From Luminiphilus sp. (GTDB lineage: Bacteria > Pseudomonadota > Gammaproteobacteria > Pseudomonadales > Halieaceae), in NCBI GenBank assembly GCA_965655505.1, contig CBFHHJ010000001.1, positions 2,134 to 66,133 of the forward strand: a stretch of 64,000 nucleotides of DNA. Direction: 5' to 3'. Both the position numbers and the translations under genes were made by a program. Below the pieces are notes generated by a model, which saw only the letters and a program-made list of their open reading frames with translations, was not told where the DNA came from and did not search any database. This document shows positions 44,813 through 55,441 of this stretch, piece by piece; the first letter of the stretch is position 1, and every line of letters starts with the position of its first letter.

Positions 44813-46654
44813 TTAGTCCAGCAGAGATAAATCTCTCACTGCTCCTTTGTCGGCGCTCGTGACCATTTTTGCGTAGACCTTCAGCGCTGGAGTAACTTTC
44901 CTTGGCCGTTCGTTTTTCGGTTGCCACGGTTTTTCGCTGTTGTCCATTGCCGTGCGACGCGCGGCCATTTCCTCCGGGCTGATCTTCACGTCAATTCGCC
45001 GGTTAGGAATATCGATTTCGATAGTATCCCCTTGTTCGACGAGACCGATTGCGCCGCCTGCTGCCGCCTCGGGTGATGCATGCCCGATGGATAGGCCCGA
45101 CGTTCCGCCAGAAAAACGCCCGTCAGTGACTAGCGCGCAGGCGGCACCGAGGCCTTTCGACTTTAAATAACTCGTCGGGTATAGCATCTCCTGCATGCCG
45201 GGTCCGCCGCGAGGCCCCTCGTAACGCACAATAACCACGTCACCTGCTCTAACCCGATCTTCCAAAATATCGGCAACAGCAGCCTCCTGACTCTCACAGA
45301 CGTGAGCGGGACCTGAGAACACCAAAATACTGTCATCAACGCCGGCAGTTTTCACAACACAGCCGTTCTCTGCGATGTTGCCAAAGAGTACTGCGAGTCC
45401 ACCTTCTTGCGAGTAGGCATTGGCGACATCACGAATACAGCCACCGCTGCGATCAAGATCGAGACTGGGCCACCGTGTTGCCTGACTAAAGGCGGTCTGG
45501 GTTGGAATTCCCGCAGGACCCGCCGAGTACATTTCCTTTACTGCCGCATCTTCACTGACAGCGATGTCCCAGTTGGCCAGTGCTTCGCCCATTGTTTGCG
45601 AATGAACGGTGTAGGTTTCTGTGTTAAGCAGACCGCCGCGAGCCAGCTCCCCGAGGATTGCCATAACGCCCCCAGCACGGTGAACGTCTTCCATGTGGTA
45701 TTTCTGGGTACTCGGCGCCACCTTACAGAGCTGTGGTACGCGCCGGCTTAACACGTCAATTTCCTGAAGACCAAAATCGAGCTCGGCCTCCTGCGCTGCC
45801 GCGAGCAGGTGCAAAATGGTGTTGGTTGAGCCGCCCATGGCAATATCGAGACACATGGCATTCTCAAAGGCCGCACGATTCGCAATAGTACGCGGCAGAG
45901 CGGAATCGTCATCCTGCTCATACCAGCGGCGCGCTAGCGAAACGACAAGTCGACCTGCCCGTCGAAAAAGCTGTTCTCGATCGGCGTGGGTGGCCAAAAG
46001 CGAGCCGTTGCCGGGCAAGCTGAGTCCGAGCGCCTCCGTCAAGCAGTTCATACTGTTAGCCGTGAACATCCCAGAACATGATCCGCAGGTGGGGCAGGCA
46101 GAGCGCTCGTAAGCATCGACGGTTTCGTCGTCAACGCTGCTGTCTGCGGCGATGACCATGGCATCGACCAAATCGAGTTTGTGTTCTGACAGTGCGGTTT
46201 TGCCCGCTTCCATGGGTCCCCCGGATACAAACACGACCGGAATGTTGAGGCGCATGGCGGCGTTGAGCATTCCCGGTGTGATCTTGTCACAGTTGGAGAT
46301 GCACACCATCGCATCAGCGCAGTGTGCGTTAACCATGTATTCGACAGAATCGGTAATCACATCTCTTGAGGGCAGGCTGTACAGCATGCCGTCGTGTCCC
46401 ATCGCGATGCCATCGTCGACAGCAATGGTGTTGAATTCCTTAGCGACACCGCCGGCGGATTCAATCTCCCGTGCAACCAACTGCCCGAGGTCCTTGAGGT
46501 GTACATGTCCGGGGACGAATTGGGTGAAGGAGTTCACGACTGCAATGATCGGCTTTTCGAAATCGCCATCCTTCATGCCGGTGGCTCGCCAAAGCGCGCG
46601 AGCGCCTGCCATATTGCGACCAGCGGTCGAAGTTCGGGAGCGGTATTGGGGCAT
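44813..46654 (-). CDS. ilvD: Dihydroxy-acid dehydratase
   Basis: [45 protein letters not shown]. Confidence 0.98.
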   Translation of the reverse strand: MPQYRSRTSTAGRNMAGARALWRATGMKDGDFEKPIIAVVNSFTQFVPGHVHLKDLGQLVAREIESAGGVAKEFNTIAVDDGIAMGHDGMLYSLPSRDVITDSVEYMVNAHCADAMVCISNCDKITPGMLNAAMRLNIPVVFVSGGPMEAGKTALSEHKLDLVDAMVIAADSSVDDETVDAYERSACPTCGSCSGMFTANSMNCLTEALGLSLPGNGSLLATHADREQLFRRAGRLVVSLARRWYEQDDDSALPRTIANRAAFENAMCLDIAMGGSTNTILHLLAAAQEAELDFGLQEIDVLSRRVPQLCKVAPSTQKYHMEDVHRAGGVMAILGELARGGLLNTETYTVHSQTMGEALANWDIAVSEDAAVKEMYSAGPAGIPTQTAFSQATRWPSLDLDRSGGCIRDVANAYSQEGGLAVLFGNIAENGCVVKTAGVDDSILVFSGPAHVCESQEAAVADILEDRVRAGDVVIVRYEGPRGGPGMQEMLYPTSYLKSKGLGAACALVTDGRFSGGTSGLSIGHASPEAAAGGAIGLVEQGDTIEIDIPNRRIDVKISPEEMAARRTAMDNSEKPWQPKNERPRKVTPALKVYAKMVTSADKGAVRDLSLLD

Positions 46655-46710
46655 GGTGAAAGGCCTCTATTTCAGACGGGGGACGAGTCTACCAGAGCTT
46701 TTTAATGGTG

Positions 46711-48030
46711 CTAGTGGATCGATTTAAGTAAGACTTTTGAATTGCGCTGTAAGTTATAAAGCTGTTTCCGTGACTCGGGCAACGCCTCAAGATCTGCTTC
46801 AGTAAAACCCTGTTCTCTAAACCAGTGAGTGGTTTGGGTAGTGAGCACAAAAAGCTGCGTAACACCCTGATCTTTCGCCTGCTGCTCGATAATACGCAGC
46901 AGGTGCTCGCCCCGCCCAGCGCCTCGATAGTCGCTGTGGGTTGCAATGCAGGCGACCTCGGCCATTTGTGACTCACTAAACGGATAGAGCGCCGCGCAGG
47001 CAATGATACGACCGTCGCGCTCTAGCACTCGGAAATTACTGATTTCCTGCTCAAGTAGCTCCCTTGAACGTCGAACTAGAACGCCCTGCTCCTCTAAAGG
47101 GGTAACCAAGTCCAAAACCCCAGGGATGTCATCGATGGATGCTGGGCGGGCTCGTTCAAAATCATCCTGACTGATCAGCGTCCCAGTACCGTCGTGGGTG
47201 AAGAGCTCTTCGATGAGCGCTCCGTTGCGGTGGTAATTGATTAGGTGCGCGCGCGCCACCCCTTGAGTACAGGCCCGACATGCCGCATCTCGATGGGCCG
47301 CCTGAATTTCATCGGAGACTGGCAAGCCCTGTGCCTGCTCAATCGTGCACTGGGCAACCAAATTACCGTCGCTGTCGTTGAGTCCGTCGTTAGCGTCCAT
47401 GATGATGAGCTTGTCTGCACCGGTTGCAATGGCCGCCGTTGTGGCCAGCTCATCAGAGCTCAGGTTAAACACCTCACCAGTCGGAGAGAAGCCCAAGGGC
47501 GATAGCAGGACGATTGCTTGATTATCGAGAGCAGTAGCGATTCCCGCGGCATCCAGGCGCCTTACTGCGCCAGTAAATTGAAAATCCACGCCGTCGACGA
47601 CACCTAGGGGCCGTGCAGTGACAAAGTTGCCACTTATCACCCGCAGCCGTGCGCCGCGCATGGGGGAATCGGGAAGCCCCATAGACAGGCGGCTCTCCAG
47701 ATTTAGCCGCTGAGCGGCGGTGATGTCCCGCACAATTCCGAGCACCGAAGGATCAGTGACACGCACACCGCGGTGAAGGTGGCTTGTGATTCCCCGTTCC
47801 AACAGCGCCGTTTCAATGGCGTTGCGAGTGCCGTGCACCAGCACTAATCGGATACCCAGAAGGTGAATCAGCGCAAGATCGTGAATCAGGTTGCCAGCTT
47901 CGGGGCCTTCGAGCGCACCACTGCCCAGATACACCACAAAAGTTTTTCCTTTGTGGCTTCGGATATAGGGTCCCGTGTGTCGGAACCACTCAATGGTGTT
48001 GGTCTGGATGGTCACGGCGCTCAAACCCAA
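46711..48030 (-). CDS. argA: Amino-acid N-acetyltransferase (N-acetylglutamate synthase)
   Basis: WFRH..PYI..H, AAK domain plus GNAT domain, ELFTHDG.GT, YNLQRNSK. Confidence 0.95.
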   Translation of the reverse strand: MGLSAVTIQTNTIEWFRHTGPYIRSHKGKTFVVYLGSGALEGPEAGNLIHDLALIHLLGIRLVLVHGTRNAIETALLERGITSHLHRGVRVTDPSVLGIVRDITAAQRLNLESRLSMGLPDSPMRGARLRVISGNFVTARPLGVVDGVDFQFTGAVRRLDAAGIATALDNQAIVLLSPLGFSPTGEVFNLSSDELATTAAIATGADKLIIMDANDGLNDSDGNLVAQCTIEQAQGLPVSDEIQAAHRDAACRACTQGVARAHLINYHRNGALIEELFTHDGTGTLISQDDFERARPASIDDIPGVLDLVTPLEEQGVLVRRSRELLEQEISNFRVLERDGRIIACAALYPFSESQMAEVACIATHSDYRGAGRGEHLLRIIEQQAKDQGVTQLFVLTTQTTHWFREQGFTEADLEALPESRKQLYNLQRNSKVLLKSIH

Positions 48031-48090
48031 TGGCGATTTAGTGAAGCCTACCGGAAACTCGCGGTTCGGGTCTGCGCAATTGTTTGGATT

Positions 48091-49290
48091 TCACTGAGGC
48101 CGGCAACAATAATGTCCGATCGTTTGCTCCAGAATTGTCAGCGCTGGAGTGAGCTGGTCGAGGGCGAGGTGCTCGTCGGGTTGATGGGCGCAGTCGATGG
48201 ACCCTGGGCCGAGGACAATGGTTTCAAGACCGAGTCGCTGCAAAAAGGGTGCCTCAGTGGCGTAATTGACTGCTTCAGCGGGCACTCCGGTTACGGCTTC
48301 GACGACTTTGACGAGTTTTGCATCGGCGGATTCTTCAAAGGCGTCAATTGGCTGAACCAAGCGGCGCATGCTCACATCGAGACCTCGCTCGGCGGCAAGC
48401 AGCTCAATACAGCGTTGCAACGATGCTTCGACAACCGAGAAATCCAGACCGGGCACCATGCGCACATCAAAGTGCAGCTCTACCGCACCACAGATGCGAT
48501 TGGGGCTATCGCCCCCGTGTAGGCAGCCGAAGTTAAGAGTCGGCGCAGGTATTTGTAGAAGCGCACAGTGATAGCGGGCAGCGAGTTCGGTTCGCAGCTC
48601 ATCGAGCAGCTGGAGTAGCCGAGGCACTCCTTCAATTGCGTTATTCCCAAGTGCTGGGTTGGAAGAATGGCCGCTTTGGCCACGCAATTGAATGGCCTGC
48701 ATCATGATGCCTTTGTGAAGGCGTACCGGGCGCAGGGACGTGGGTTCGCCAATGATGACCGCCTCGGCGCCCGCTAGAGCGGTGCTTTCAAGGGCGCGGG
48801 CTCCGTTCATTGAGCTTTCTTCGTCAGCGGTGGCGAGGATATAGAGAGGCGCTCGCAGTGCCGACGGATCGATTCGACTTGCTGCAGCAATTGCTAGGGC
48901 AAAAAACCCCTTCATATCGGCGCTGCCCAAGCCGAATAGCTTGCCATCGCGTTCTGTGAGGCTCAGCGGATCACTGGTCCAGCGCCCCTCATCAAAGGGC
49001 ACGGTATCCGTGTGTCCTGAGAGTACTAGGCCGCCACTGGGCTGTTCGTGAGCTTGATCTCCCGATTCAGGAAGCGGTTTCTCGGGCCCCAACCTTGCGA
49101 TCAAATTTGCTTTGTCACTGCCGGGCAACGGCAGGATTTCGGTCGCAAAACCCTGAGCTTCAGCGAATTCAGCTAGCCGTTCAATGACTCGCCGGTTACT
49201 GCTATCCCAGCTGGGATCAGTAGAGCTAACCGAGGGCAACGCAACCAGTTCACTGATCTGGCGGGTAACGGTTTGTTCGATTGTCGGCAT
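48091..49290 (-). CDS. argE: Acetylornithine deacetylase
   Basis: LSGHTDTVP, GSADMKG, ADEE, IIGEPT, AHQPDE. Confidence 0.93.
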   Translation of the reverse strand: MPTIEQTVTRQISELVALPSVSSTDPSWDSSNRRVIERLAEFAEAQGFATEILPLPGSDKANLIARLGPEKPLPESGDQAHEQPSGGLVLSGHTDTVPFDEGRWTSDPLSLTERDGKLFGLGSADMKGFFALAIAAASRIDPSALRAPLYILATADEESSMNGARALESTALAGAEAVIIGEPTSLRPVRLHKGIMMQAIQLRGQSGHSSNPALGNNAIEGVPRLLQLLDELRTELAARYHCALLQIPAPTLNFGCLHGGDSPNRICGAVELHFDVRMVPGLDFSVVEASLQRCIELLAAERGLDVSMRRLVQPIDAFEESADAKLVKVVEAVTGVPAEAVNYATEAPFLQRLGLETIVLGPGSIDCAHQPDEHLALDQLTPALTILEQTIGHYCCRPQ

Positions 49291-49317
49291 GGCGATTCCT
49301 CTTGCGGAGCTAACAGC

Positions 49318-50583
49318 CTAGCCAAAAATGCCCTGCAGTAGGTAGAAGAATACCACTGCGAGTACAGCAGCGACGGGTAGGGTCACGACCCACGAGACAA
49401 CAACCAGCCGCACGACACCTAAATTGACTGCATTAATGCCCCGCGCGAGGCCAACTCCAAGGACGGCGCCGACCAGCGTATGCGTCGTCGAAATCGGCAG
49501 ACCGGTGCCGGAGGCGAGTACCACGGTACCGGCTGCGCCCAGTTCGGCAGCAAAACCACGACTGGGGGTTAGCTCGGTAATCTTCTGACCAATAGTTTTC
49601 ATTACCCGCCAGCCAAACGTGGCGAGCCCAACGACAATACCTGCAGCACCAATCAATAGAATCCACCCGGGCATCGCCGACTGAGCAGCAATTTCGCCAC
49701 CAGATCGCAGTGTTTGAACGACCGCGGCAAGGGGTCCCACGGCATTGGCCACATCGTTCGAGCCGTGGGCAAACGCCATCGAACAGGCGGTGAAGATCAT
49801 AAGCACGCCAAAAACCTTTTCAAGCCCTACATCACCCCGTCGGCCCGCCAAGCGCCGCAACAGCACAGCCCCGAGTGCTGCGACCAATAGTCCGGCAATG
49901 GTCGAGAGCAGCGCAGCATCAACAAACTGCGAACCAGTGCCCAAATTAACCTCGGCGCCCACGTGCTTGAGACCCTTGAGCAGGGTCACCATTGAAATCA
50001 TAAAACCAACAATCCACATGTATGCGGGGATCAGGCGGATAGCGCGCTCGGTTGCATTGTCGTGATCAAGAATGAGCTTCTGAACGCTGGTGAATAGAAG
50101 AAAGGACAGTCCGCCTGCGAGAACAGGTGAGACAACCCAGCTGGCCGCGATTGAACCCACTTTGACCCAGTTGACTGCGTCAACCGAGATGGCAACGCTG
50201 CTAAAGCCAACAATGGCGCCGACAATCGAGTGAGTCGTGGAGACCGGCCAGCCGCGCATGCTGGCGATCATCAGCCAAGTCGCCGCGGCCAATAGGGCTG
50301 CGGTCATTCCGTAAACAAATTGCTCGGGGATATCGGTAAAAACTGCGGGATCAATGATGCCTTTGCGAATTGTCGAGGTGACTTCGCCGCCGGCGAGGAA
50401 AGCCCCCATAAATTCGAAAACCACCGCGATTAAGATCGCCTGGCGAAGCGTCAGGGCGCGGGCGCCCACAGAGGTCCCCATGGCATTGGCGACGTCATTG
50501 GCACCAATGCCCCAAGCCATATAAAAGCCGAAAATGGCGACGAGTCCCAGCAGCACTGTGCCGTGGCTCGAGATGATATCCAT
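49318..50583 (-). CDS. Inorganic phosphate transporter (PiT family)
   Basis: GANDVANAMGTSVG, PVSTTHS, HGSNDVANA, PISTTH. Confidence 0.94.
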   Translation of the reverse strand: MDIISSHGTVLLGLVAIFGFYMAWGIGANDVANAMGTSVGARALTLRQAILIAVVFEFMGAFLAGGEVTSTIRKGIIDPAVFTDIPEQFVYGMTAALLAAATWLMIASMRGWPVSTTHSIVGAIVGFSSVAISVDAVNWVKVGSIAASWVVSPVLAGGLSFLLFTSVQKLILDHDNATERAIRLIPAYMWIVGFMISMVTLLKGLKHVGAEVNLGTGSQFVDAALLSTIAGLLVAALGAVLLRRLAGRRGDVGLEKVFGVLMIFTACSMAFAHGSNDVANAVGPLAAVVQTLRSGGEIAAQSAMPGWILLIGAAGIVVGLATFGWRVMKTIGQKITELTPSRGFAAELGAAGTVVLASGTGLPISTTHTLVGAVLGVGLARGINAVNLGVVRLVVVSWVVTLPVAAVLAVVFFYLLQGIFG

Positions 50584-50744
50584 GGGAAATCCGATGCTTA
50601 TATTTAGTTTCGAGCGCCAAACTATACGCGCTCAAGTGGTCGCGGGGAATATCCTAATAATGCGACCAAAGAGCGAGCTGCACGTCATCGGCGTAAGATA
50701 TTTTGCGGCTGTGATAGCGCCGTATCTGCGCGTAAACTCACCCC

Positions 50745-52514
50745 ATGGAAAAAAACATTCAGCTGCCGCCCGAAACGCGCCTCGATGTCGCCTCACTCGC
50801 CGAGGGACTTCATCGCGCAGGGCGTTTGTCGGTGAAGAACCTGACACGCCTGCGTTCCCATAATTACACCGCGCTACACCCCTTGGTTTTTCTTGCCGAG
50901 CAAAAATTGAGTGATCTGGCCAACCCTGGGTTGTTGCTGGACATGCCCGCGCTGCTGGGGTTTCTGTCTGAAGAGACAGGCCAGTCAGTTGCCGACATCG
51001 ATCCGCTCAAGATAGACGTCGCTGCGGTTGCCGAGGTCATGTCCCAGGCCTTTGCCCAGCGGCATCAAATTTTGGCGGTTGCGGTCGATAAAGAGTCGGT
51101 GACCATCGCCAGCGCGGACCCTTGGATAACCCGTTGGGAGACCGACCTGGAGCACGTTGTGCGCCGGCCAATAAAGCGGGTGCTCGCTGACCCCCGCGAT
51201 ATTGTGCGACACACCAAAGAGTTCTACACCATGGCGAGGTCAGTACAAGGCGCGCGGTCCCGATCCTCGGATGGTCAGGGCAAGGTGGTCAATCTTGAGG
51301 CGATGCTTGAACTCGGTAGCAAAGGAGAGCCCGACGCCAATGACCAGCACGTTGTCAGTGTCGTGGACTGGCTGTTGCAGTATGCGTTCGAGCAGCGGGC
51401 GAGTGATATTCACATCGAGCCCCGCCGCGACGTGGGCAATGTGCGTCTGCGGATCGACGGCGTTCTACACAAAGTTTACGAATTGCCAGCGGCGGTCGCC
51501 GCAGCGGTCACGAGTCGGTTCAAGATTCTGGCGCGACTGGACGTGGCCGAAAAGCGGCGTCCGCAGGACGGCCGCCTCAAGACGCGGACACCCGAGGGCA
51601 ATGAAGTCGAGCTGCGTCTGTCGACACTGCCCACGGCCTTTGGCGAAAAACTGGTCATGCGAATATTTGACCCCGACGTGTTGCTCAAGGGTTTTGACGA
51701 GCTTGGCCTGCGCGGGGATGACTACAGTCGTTGGGAGGCAATGATTGGTCAGGGAACGGGCATTGTGTTGGTGACTGGGCCCACGGGTTCAGGCAAGACA
51801 ACAACTTTGTATTCCACCTTACGGCGCCTCGCCACTGATGAGGTAAATGTCTGCACCATCGAGGATCCCATCGAAATGGTGGAGTCGTCGTTTAACCAGA
51901 TGCAGGTCAACCACCAGATAAACTTGGATTTTGCCTCGGGCGTGCGGGCGCTCATGCGCCAAGATCCTGATATCATCATGGTGGGTGAGATCCGTGATCT
52001 GGAGACTGCACACATGGCTATTCAGGCGGCACTTACCGGACACTTGGTCCTGAGTACCCTCCATACCAACGACTCCCCCGGCGCCATTTCGCGACTGAGT
52101 GAGCTTGGAGTGCCAGCATTTTTGATTCGCGCCACCGTGCGCGGTGTGATGTCGCAGCGCCTGGTTCGGACCTTGTGCAACGGATGTAAGCGACTCGAGC
52201 CCGCCGATCCGGTGGCTTGGCAGGCGTTGGTCGGCGAGCGGGGCCCCAGCTGTCCCGATCAGCTCTATCGCCCGGTGGGATGTAAACAGTGCCGAGATAC
52301 CGGTTATCGCGGACGCGAAGGTATTTATGAGGTGCTCGTGTCCGATCCGGCATTACAGGCACATATTGTTGACGCGCACTCGACCAGTGAGCTCCGTCAG
52401 GCTGCTGTTACCGGCGGTATGACGCCTTTGCGGTTGGCGGGCGCCGAGAAAGTTGTGGGTGGCGAAACCACTGTAGAAGAAGTATTGCGTGTTGCGCCTG
52501 CGCTTGAGGATTAG
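50745..52514 (+). CDS. GspE/PilB-family secretion/pilus ATPase (stand-alone)
   Basis: ASDIHIEP, GPTGSGKTTTLY, TIEDPIE, RQDPDIIMVGEIRD, TGHLVLSTLH, CxxC..CxxC zinc motif. Confidence 0.93.
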   Translation: MEKNIQLPPETRLDVASLAEGLHRAGRLSVKNLTRLRSHNYTALHPLVFLAEQKLSDLANPGLLLDMPALLGFLSEETGQSVADIDPLKIDVAAVAEVMSQAFAQRHQILAVAVDKESVTIASADPWITRWETDLEHVVRRPIKRVLADPRDIVRHTKEFYTMARSVQGARSRSSDGQGKVVNLEAMLELGSKGEPDANDQHVVSVVDWLLQYAFEQRASDIHIEPRRDVGNVRLRIDGVLHKVYELPAAVAAAVTSRFKILARLDVAEKRRPQDGRLKTRTPEGNEVELRLSTLPTAFGEKLVMRIFDPDVLLKGFDELGLRGDDYSRWEAMIGQGTGIVLVTGPTGSGKTTTLYSTLRRLATDEVNVCTIEDPIEMVESSFNQMQVNHQINLDFASGVRALMRQDPDIIMVGEIRDLETAHMAIQAALTGHLVLSTLHTNDSPGAISRLSELGVPAFLIRATVRGVMSQRLVRTLCNGCKRLEPADPVAWQALVGERGPSCPDQLYRPVGCKQCRDTGYRGREGIYEVLVSDPALQAHIVDAHSTSELRQAAVTGGMTPLRLAGAEKVVGGETTVEEVLRVAPALED

Positions 52515-52541
52515 CGACTGGTCGCGCGAGTCGGGTGATCT

Positions 52542-55406
52542 GTGTCACTGACGCAATCTTTGGCGGATTGTTTGCCCGCAGCGTGGGACCGAGTAGCGGT
52601 ACTCGCGGGCGATGATAACTTTCGACATCTGCGCGCACGCCTAAAAGGAAGCGGGCGGCTTGATGAGGTCGAGCGCCTGATGGCCGTTAGTCCCTTCTTC
52701 GTCGAGCAGCTGGCGCAAAATGCCGACTGGGTTGCGGACAACGTTGCGACGGATTGGCTTGAAGACCGAAGCTGGAGCCATGATGACTGGCGCAGAGCAC
52801 TTGCCTTGTTTACCGCAGGGGCCGATGACGAAGCCGGGTTTATGGCCGCTTTGCGCCGCTTTCGCAGCCGAGAAATGTTGCGAATCGTCTGGCGCGATTT
52901 TTCGGGCAGTGCCAATTTAGCCGCCACCGTTGCAGACGTTTCCCGGCTCGCTGATACTACGATCGAAGCTGCGGTCGAGTGGGCGGGTCAAGGCCTGACG
53001 CCTCGCTTCGGACATCCCGTGGGTCGCGATACGGGCAGTGTTCAAGAATTGATTGTGCTTGGCATGGGAAAGCTCGGCGGTGAAGAGCTCAACCTGTCGT
53101 CAGATATTGATCTGATCTTTACGTATCCCGAGGCAGGTCAAACAGAGGGTGGTCGAACCTCAGTCTCTAATCAGGAGTACTTCATCAAGCTTGGGCAGGG
53201 GGTGATTCGCTTCCTCGATACGGTCACTGCCAACGGATTCGTGTTTCGGGTCGATATGCGCCTGCGGCCCTACGGCGATAGTGGCGCATTGGTATCGAGC
53301 TTTGACGCCCTCGAGCTTTACTACCAGGAGCAGGGCAGGGAGTGGGAGCGTTACGCCCTGATGAAGGCACGGCCAATCACCGGACATCCAGACGCTGTGG
53401 CGCCGCTCAATGAGATGATTCAAGCCTTTGTATTTAGGCGCTATACCGACTTTGGCGTGATCGAAAGCCTGCGTGATATGAAGGCGATGATTCTGGCGGA
53501 AATCCGCCGTCAGGGTTTATCGGACAACATAAAAAAGGGTGAGGGCGGTATTCGAGAAATCGAGTTCATCGCCCAGTGTCTTCAGTTGATTCATGGCGGC
53601 CGAGATCGAACTCTACAGTTGCGCGGCTTAGAACCGGCGTTGGAATCGATTCGGACGGCCCAGCTGCTCCCCAGCGACGTGGTCGATGAGCTCATCAGTG
53701 CTTACCGCTGGCTGCGCGACTGCGAGCACGCGCTGCAGGGCATGGAAGATCGTCAAACCCAGACCCTGCCAGTTGAGCCACTCAGCCGTGAGCGCGTTGC
53801 CACAATCATGGGGCTGCCAAATTGGTCCGCCCTTGTTGAAGTTCTCAACCGTCACCGAGATGCGGTGGCGCGTCATTTTGCTGAGCTCATTGCCCCTGCG
53901 CAGCACTCGATCAGTAATGAAGACACGCTGCAGTTTGCCACGCTGGGATTGGCTAGCCTCACGGAACTTAATTTCGATAGTCCCTCAGACAGCTGGGGAT
54001 TGATCGAGCGCTACCTGTCGAGTGCTCGCTTTCAGGTTTTGCAGGGCGATAGTCGCCAGCGCGTTGAACGTTTTTTGCCGCGGCTGTGCGAGGCAGCAGC
54101 GCAGAGTTCAGCGCCAGGGCGTGTATTGGAGCGCCTCCTGCCGTTTGTAGAGGCAGTTTCACGACGCAGCGCGTATCTGGTTCTACTCGAGGAAAACCCT
54201 CAGGCCTTGGCCCAGCTGGTTTTGCTAGCCGCTAAGAGCCCATGGATTGCAGATCGGTTGGCAAAGCGACCCGATCTGCTCGACGAGTTGTTGGATGTTG
54301 AGCGGTTGACGTCGGTCCCCGATCGGAGCGCCATCCAGTCCCTGGTTCGTCAGCAGCTTTTGCGCGTGCCCGAGGAGGATTTGGAGGCGCAGATGCTGGC
54401 CTTGGGGCGCATAAAAGATAGTGTTGTTTTGCGCGTTGCCGCCAGTGAGTTGACCGATCATCTACCCCTGATGAAGGTCAGCGATTACCTCACTTTTCTC
54501 GCCGAGGTCATTGTAGAGCAAGCCATTCATGTAGCGCGGGCCGAATTGGTTAAGCGTCACGGCCAGCCCCAGGGCGAGCGGACCGGTTTTGCCGTTCTCG
54601 GCTACGGAAAGTTAGGTGGTATTGAGCTCAGCTACGGCTCTGATTTGGATCTGGTATTTGTCTATGAGGGGGATGAAGGTGAGACCGATGGTCCGCGTCC
54701 GATTGATAACGTGCGCTTTTTTACCCGCCTAGCCCAGCGAGTGACCCATGTTCTGTCCACCAAAATGGCCGCGGGCCGGCTGTATGAGGTGGATCTTCGG
54801 CTGCGTCCTCACGGAGATTCAGGGCTGGTAGCGGTCTCGGTGACGGGTTTACGCAAGTATCAGCTTGAGTCGGCGTGGACCTGGGAGCATCAGGCGTTGG
54901 TGCGCACTCGAGCGCTTGCAGGGGATAGTCATCTCACGAGAACACTCTCTGAGCTTCGTAAAGAGGTGTTGTGTTTGGCAAGAGACTCCACCACGCTCAT
55001 TGAGGACGTTGTGTCGATGCGTAGGCGCATGCTCAAGGCCGGAACTCAAAAAATAGACGTGCCTCGCGGCTGCTTCGACTTGAAACGTGATCCTGGTGGT
55101 ATTGTCGATATCGAATTTGTGGTGCAATACCTTGTTCTAGAACACGCTCGAACGATCCCTGCTTTGACCGAGTGGTCTGATGTGGTTCGAATTATCGAAT
55201 CGCTCCAGCAAAATGCTGTATTGCCCGAACAGGATGCCAGCGGTTTGGTAGATGCTTATCTTGCATATCGCTCGGCTGTCCATACGACAGCGTTGCAGGG
55301 TGAACAAGCTGTGGGTCGGATAGCCGATTTTGAGCAACATTTGAAGCATGTGATTGCCGTCAGGGAGCGTTTGCTTCCGGGAATAACCGACGAGTTACCG
55401 TCGTAG
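52542..55406 (+). CDS. glnE: Bifunctional glutamine synthetase adenylyltransferase/adenylyl-removing enzyme
   Basis: Two NT domains: MGKLGG.ELN.SSDID and YGKLGG.EL.YGSDLD; AWTWEHQAL. Confidence 0.96.
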   Translation: MSLTQSLADCLPAAWDRVAVLAGDDNFRHLRARLKGSGRLDEVERLMAVSPFFVEQLAQNADWVADNVATDWLEDRSWSHDDWRRALALFTAGADDEAGFMAALRRFRSREMLRIVWRDFSGSANLAATVADVSRLADTTIEAAVEWAGQGLTPRFGHPVGRDTGSVQELIVLGMGKLGGEELNLSSDIDLIFTYPEAGQTEGGRTSVSNQEYFIKLGQGVIRFLDTVTANGFVFRVDMRLRPYGDSGALVSSFDALELYYQEQGREWERYALMKARPITGHPDAVAPLNEMIQAFVFRRYTDFGVIESLRDMKAMILAEIRRQGLSDNIKKGEGGIREIEFIAQCLQLIHGGRDRTLQLRGLEPALESIRTAQLLPSDVVDELISAYRWLRDCEHALQGMEDRQTQTLPVEPLSRERVATIMGLPNWSALVEVLNRHRDAVARHFAELIAPAQHSISNEDTLQFATLGLASLTELNFDSPSDSWGLIERYLSSARFQVLQGDSRQRVERFLPRLCEAAAQSSAPGRVLERLLPFVEAVSRRSAYLVLLEENPQALAQLVLLAAKSPWIADRLAKRPDLLDELLDVERLTSVPDRSAIQSLVRQQLLRVPEEDLEAQMLALGRIKDSVVLRVAASELTDHLPLMKVSDYLTFLAEVIVEQAIHVARAELVKRHGQPQGERTGFAVLGYGKLGGIELSYGSDLDLVFVYEGDEGETDGPRPIDNVRFFTRLAQRVTHVLSTKMAAGRLYEVDLRLRPHGDSGLVAVSVTGLRKYQLESAWTWEHQALVRTRALAGDSHLTRTLSELRKEVLCLARDSTTLIEDVVSMRRRMLKAGTQKIDVPRGCFDLKRDPGGIVDIEFVVQYLVLEHARTIPALTEWSDVVRIIESLQQNAVLPEQDASGLVDAYLAYRSAVHTTALQGEQAVGRIADFEQHLKHVIAVRERLLPGITDELPS

Positions 55407-55441
55407 GCGCGTAGCACGATAAACGATAAGAGGAAAAACGA

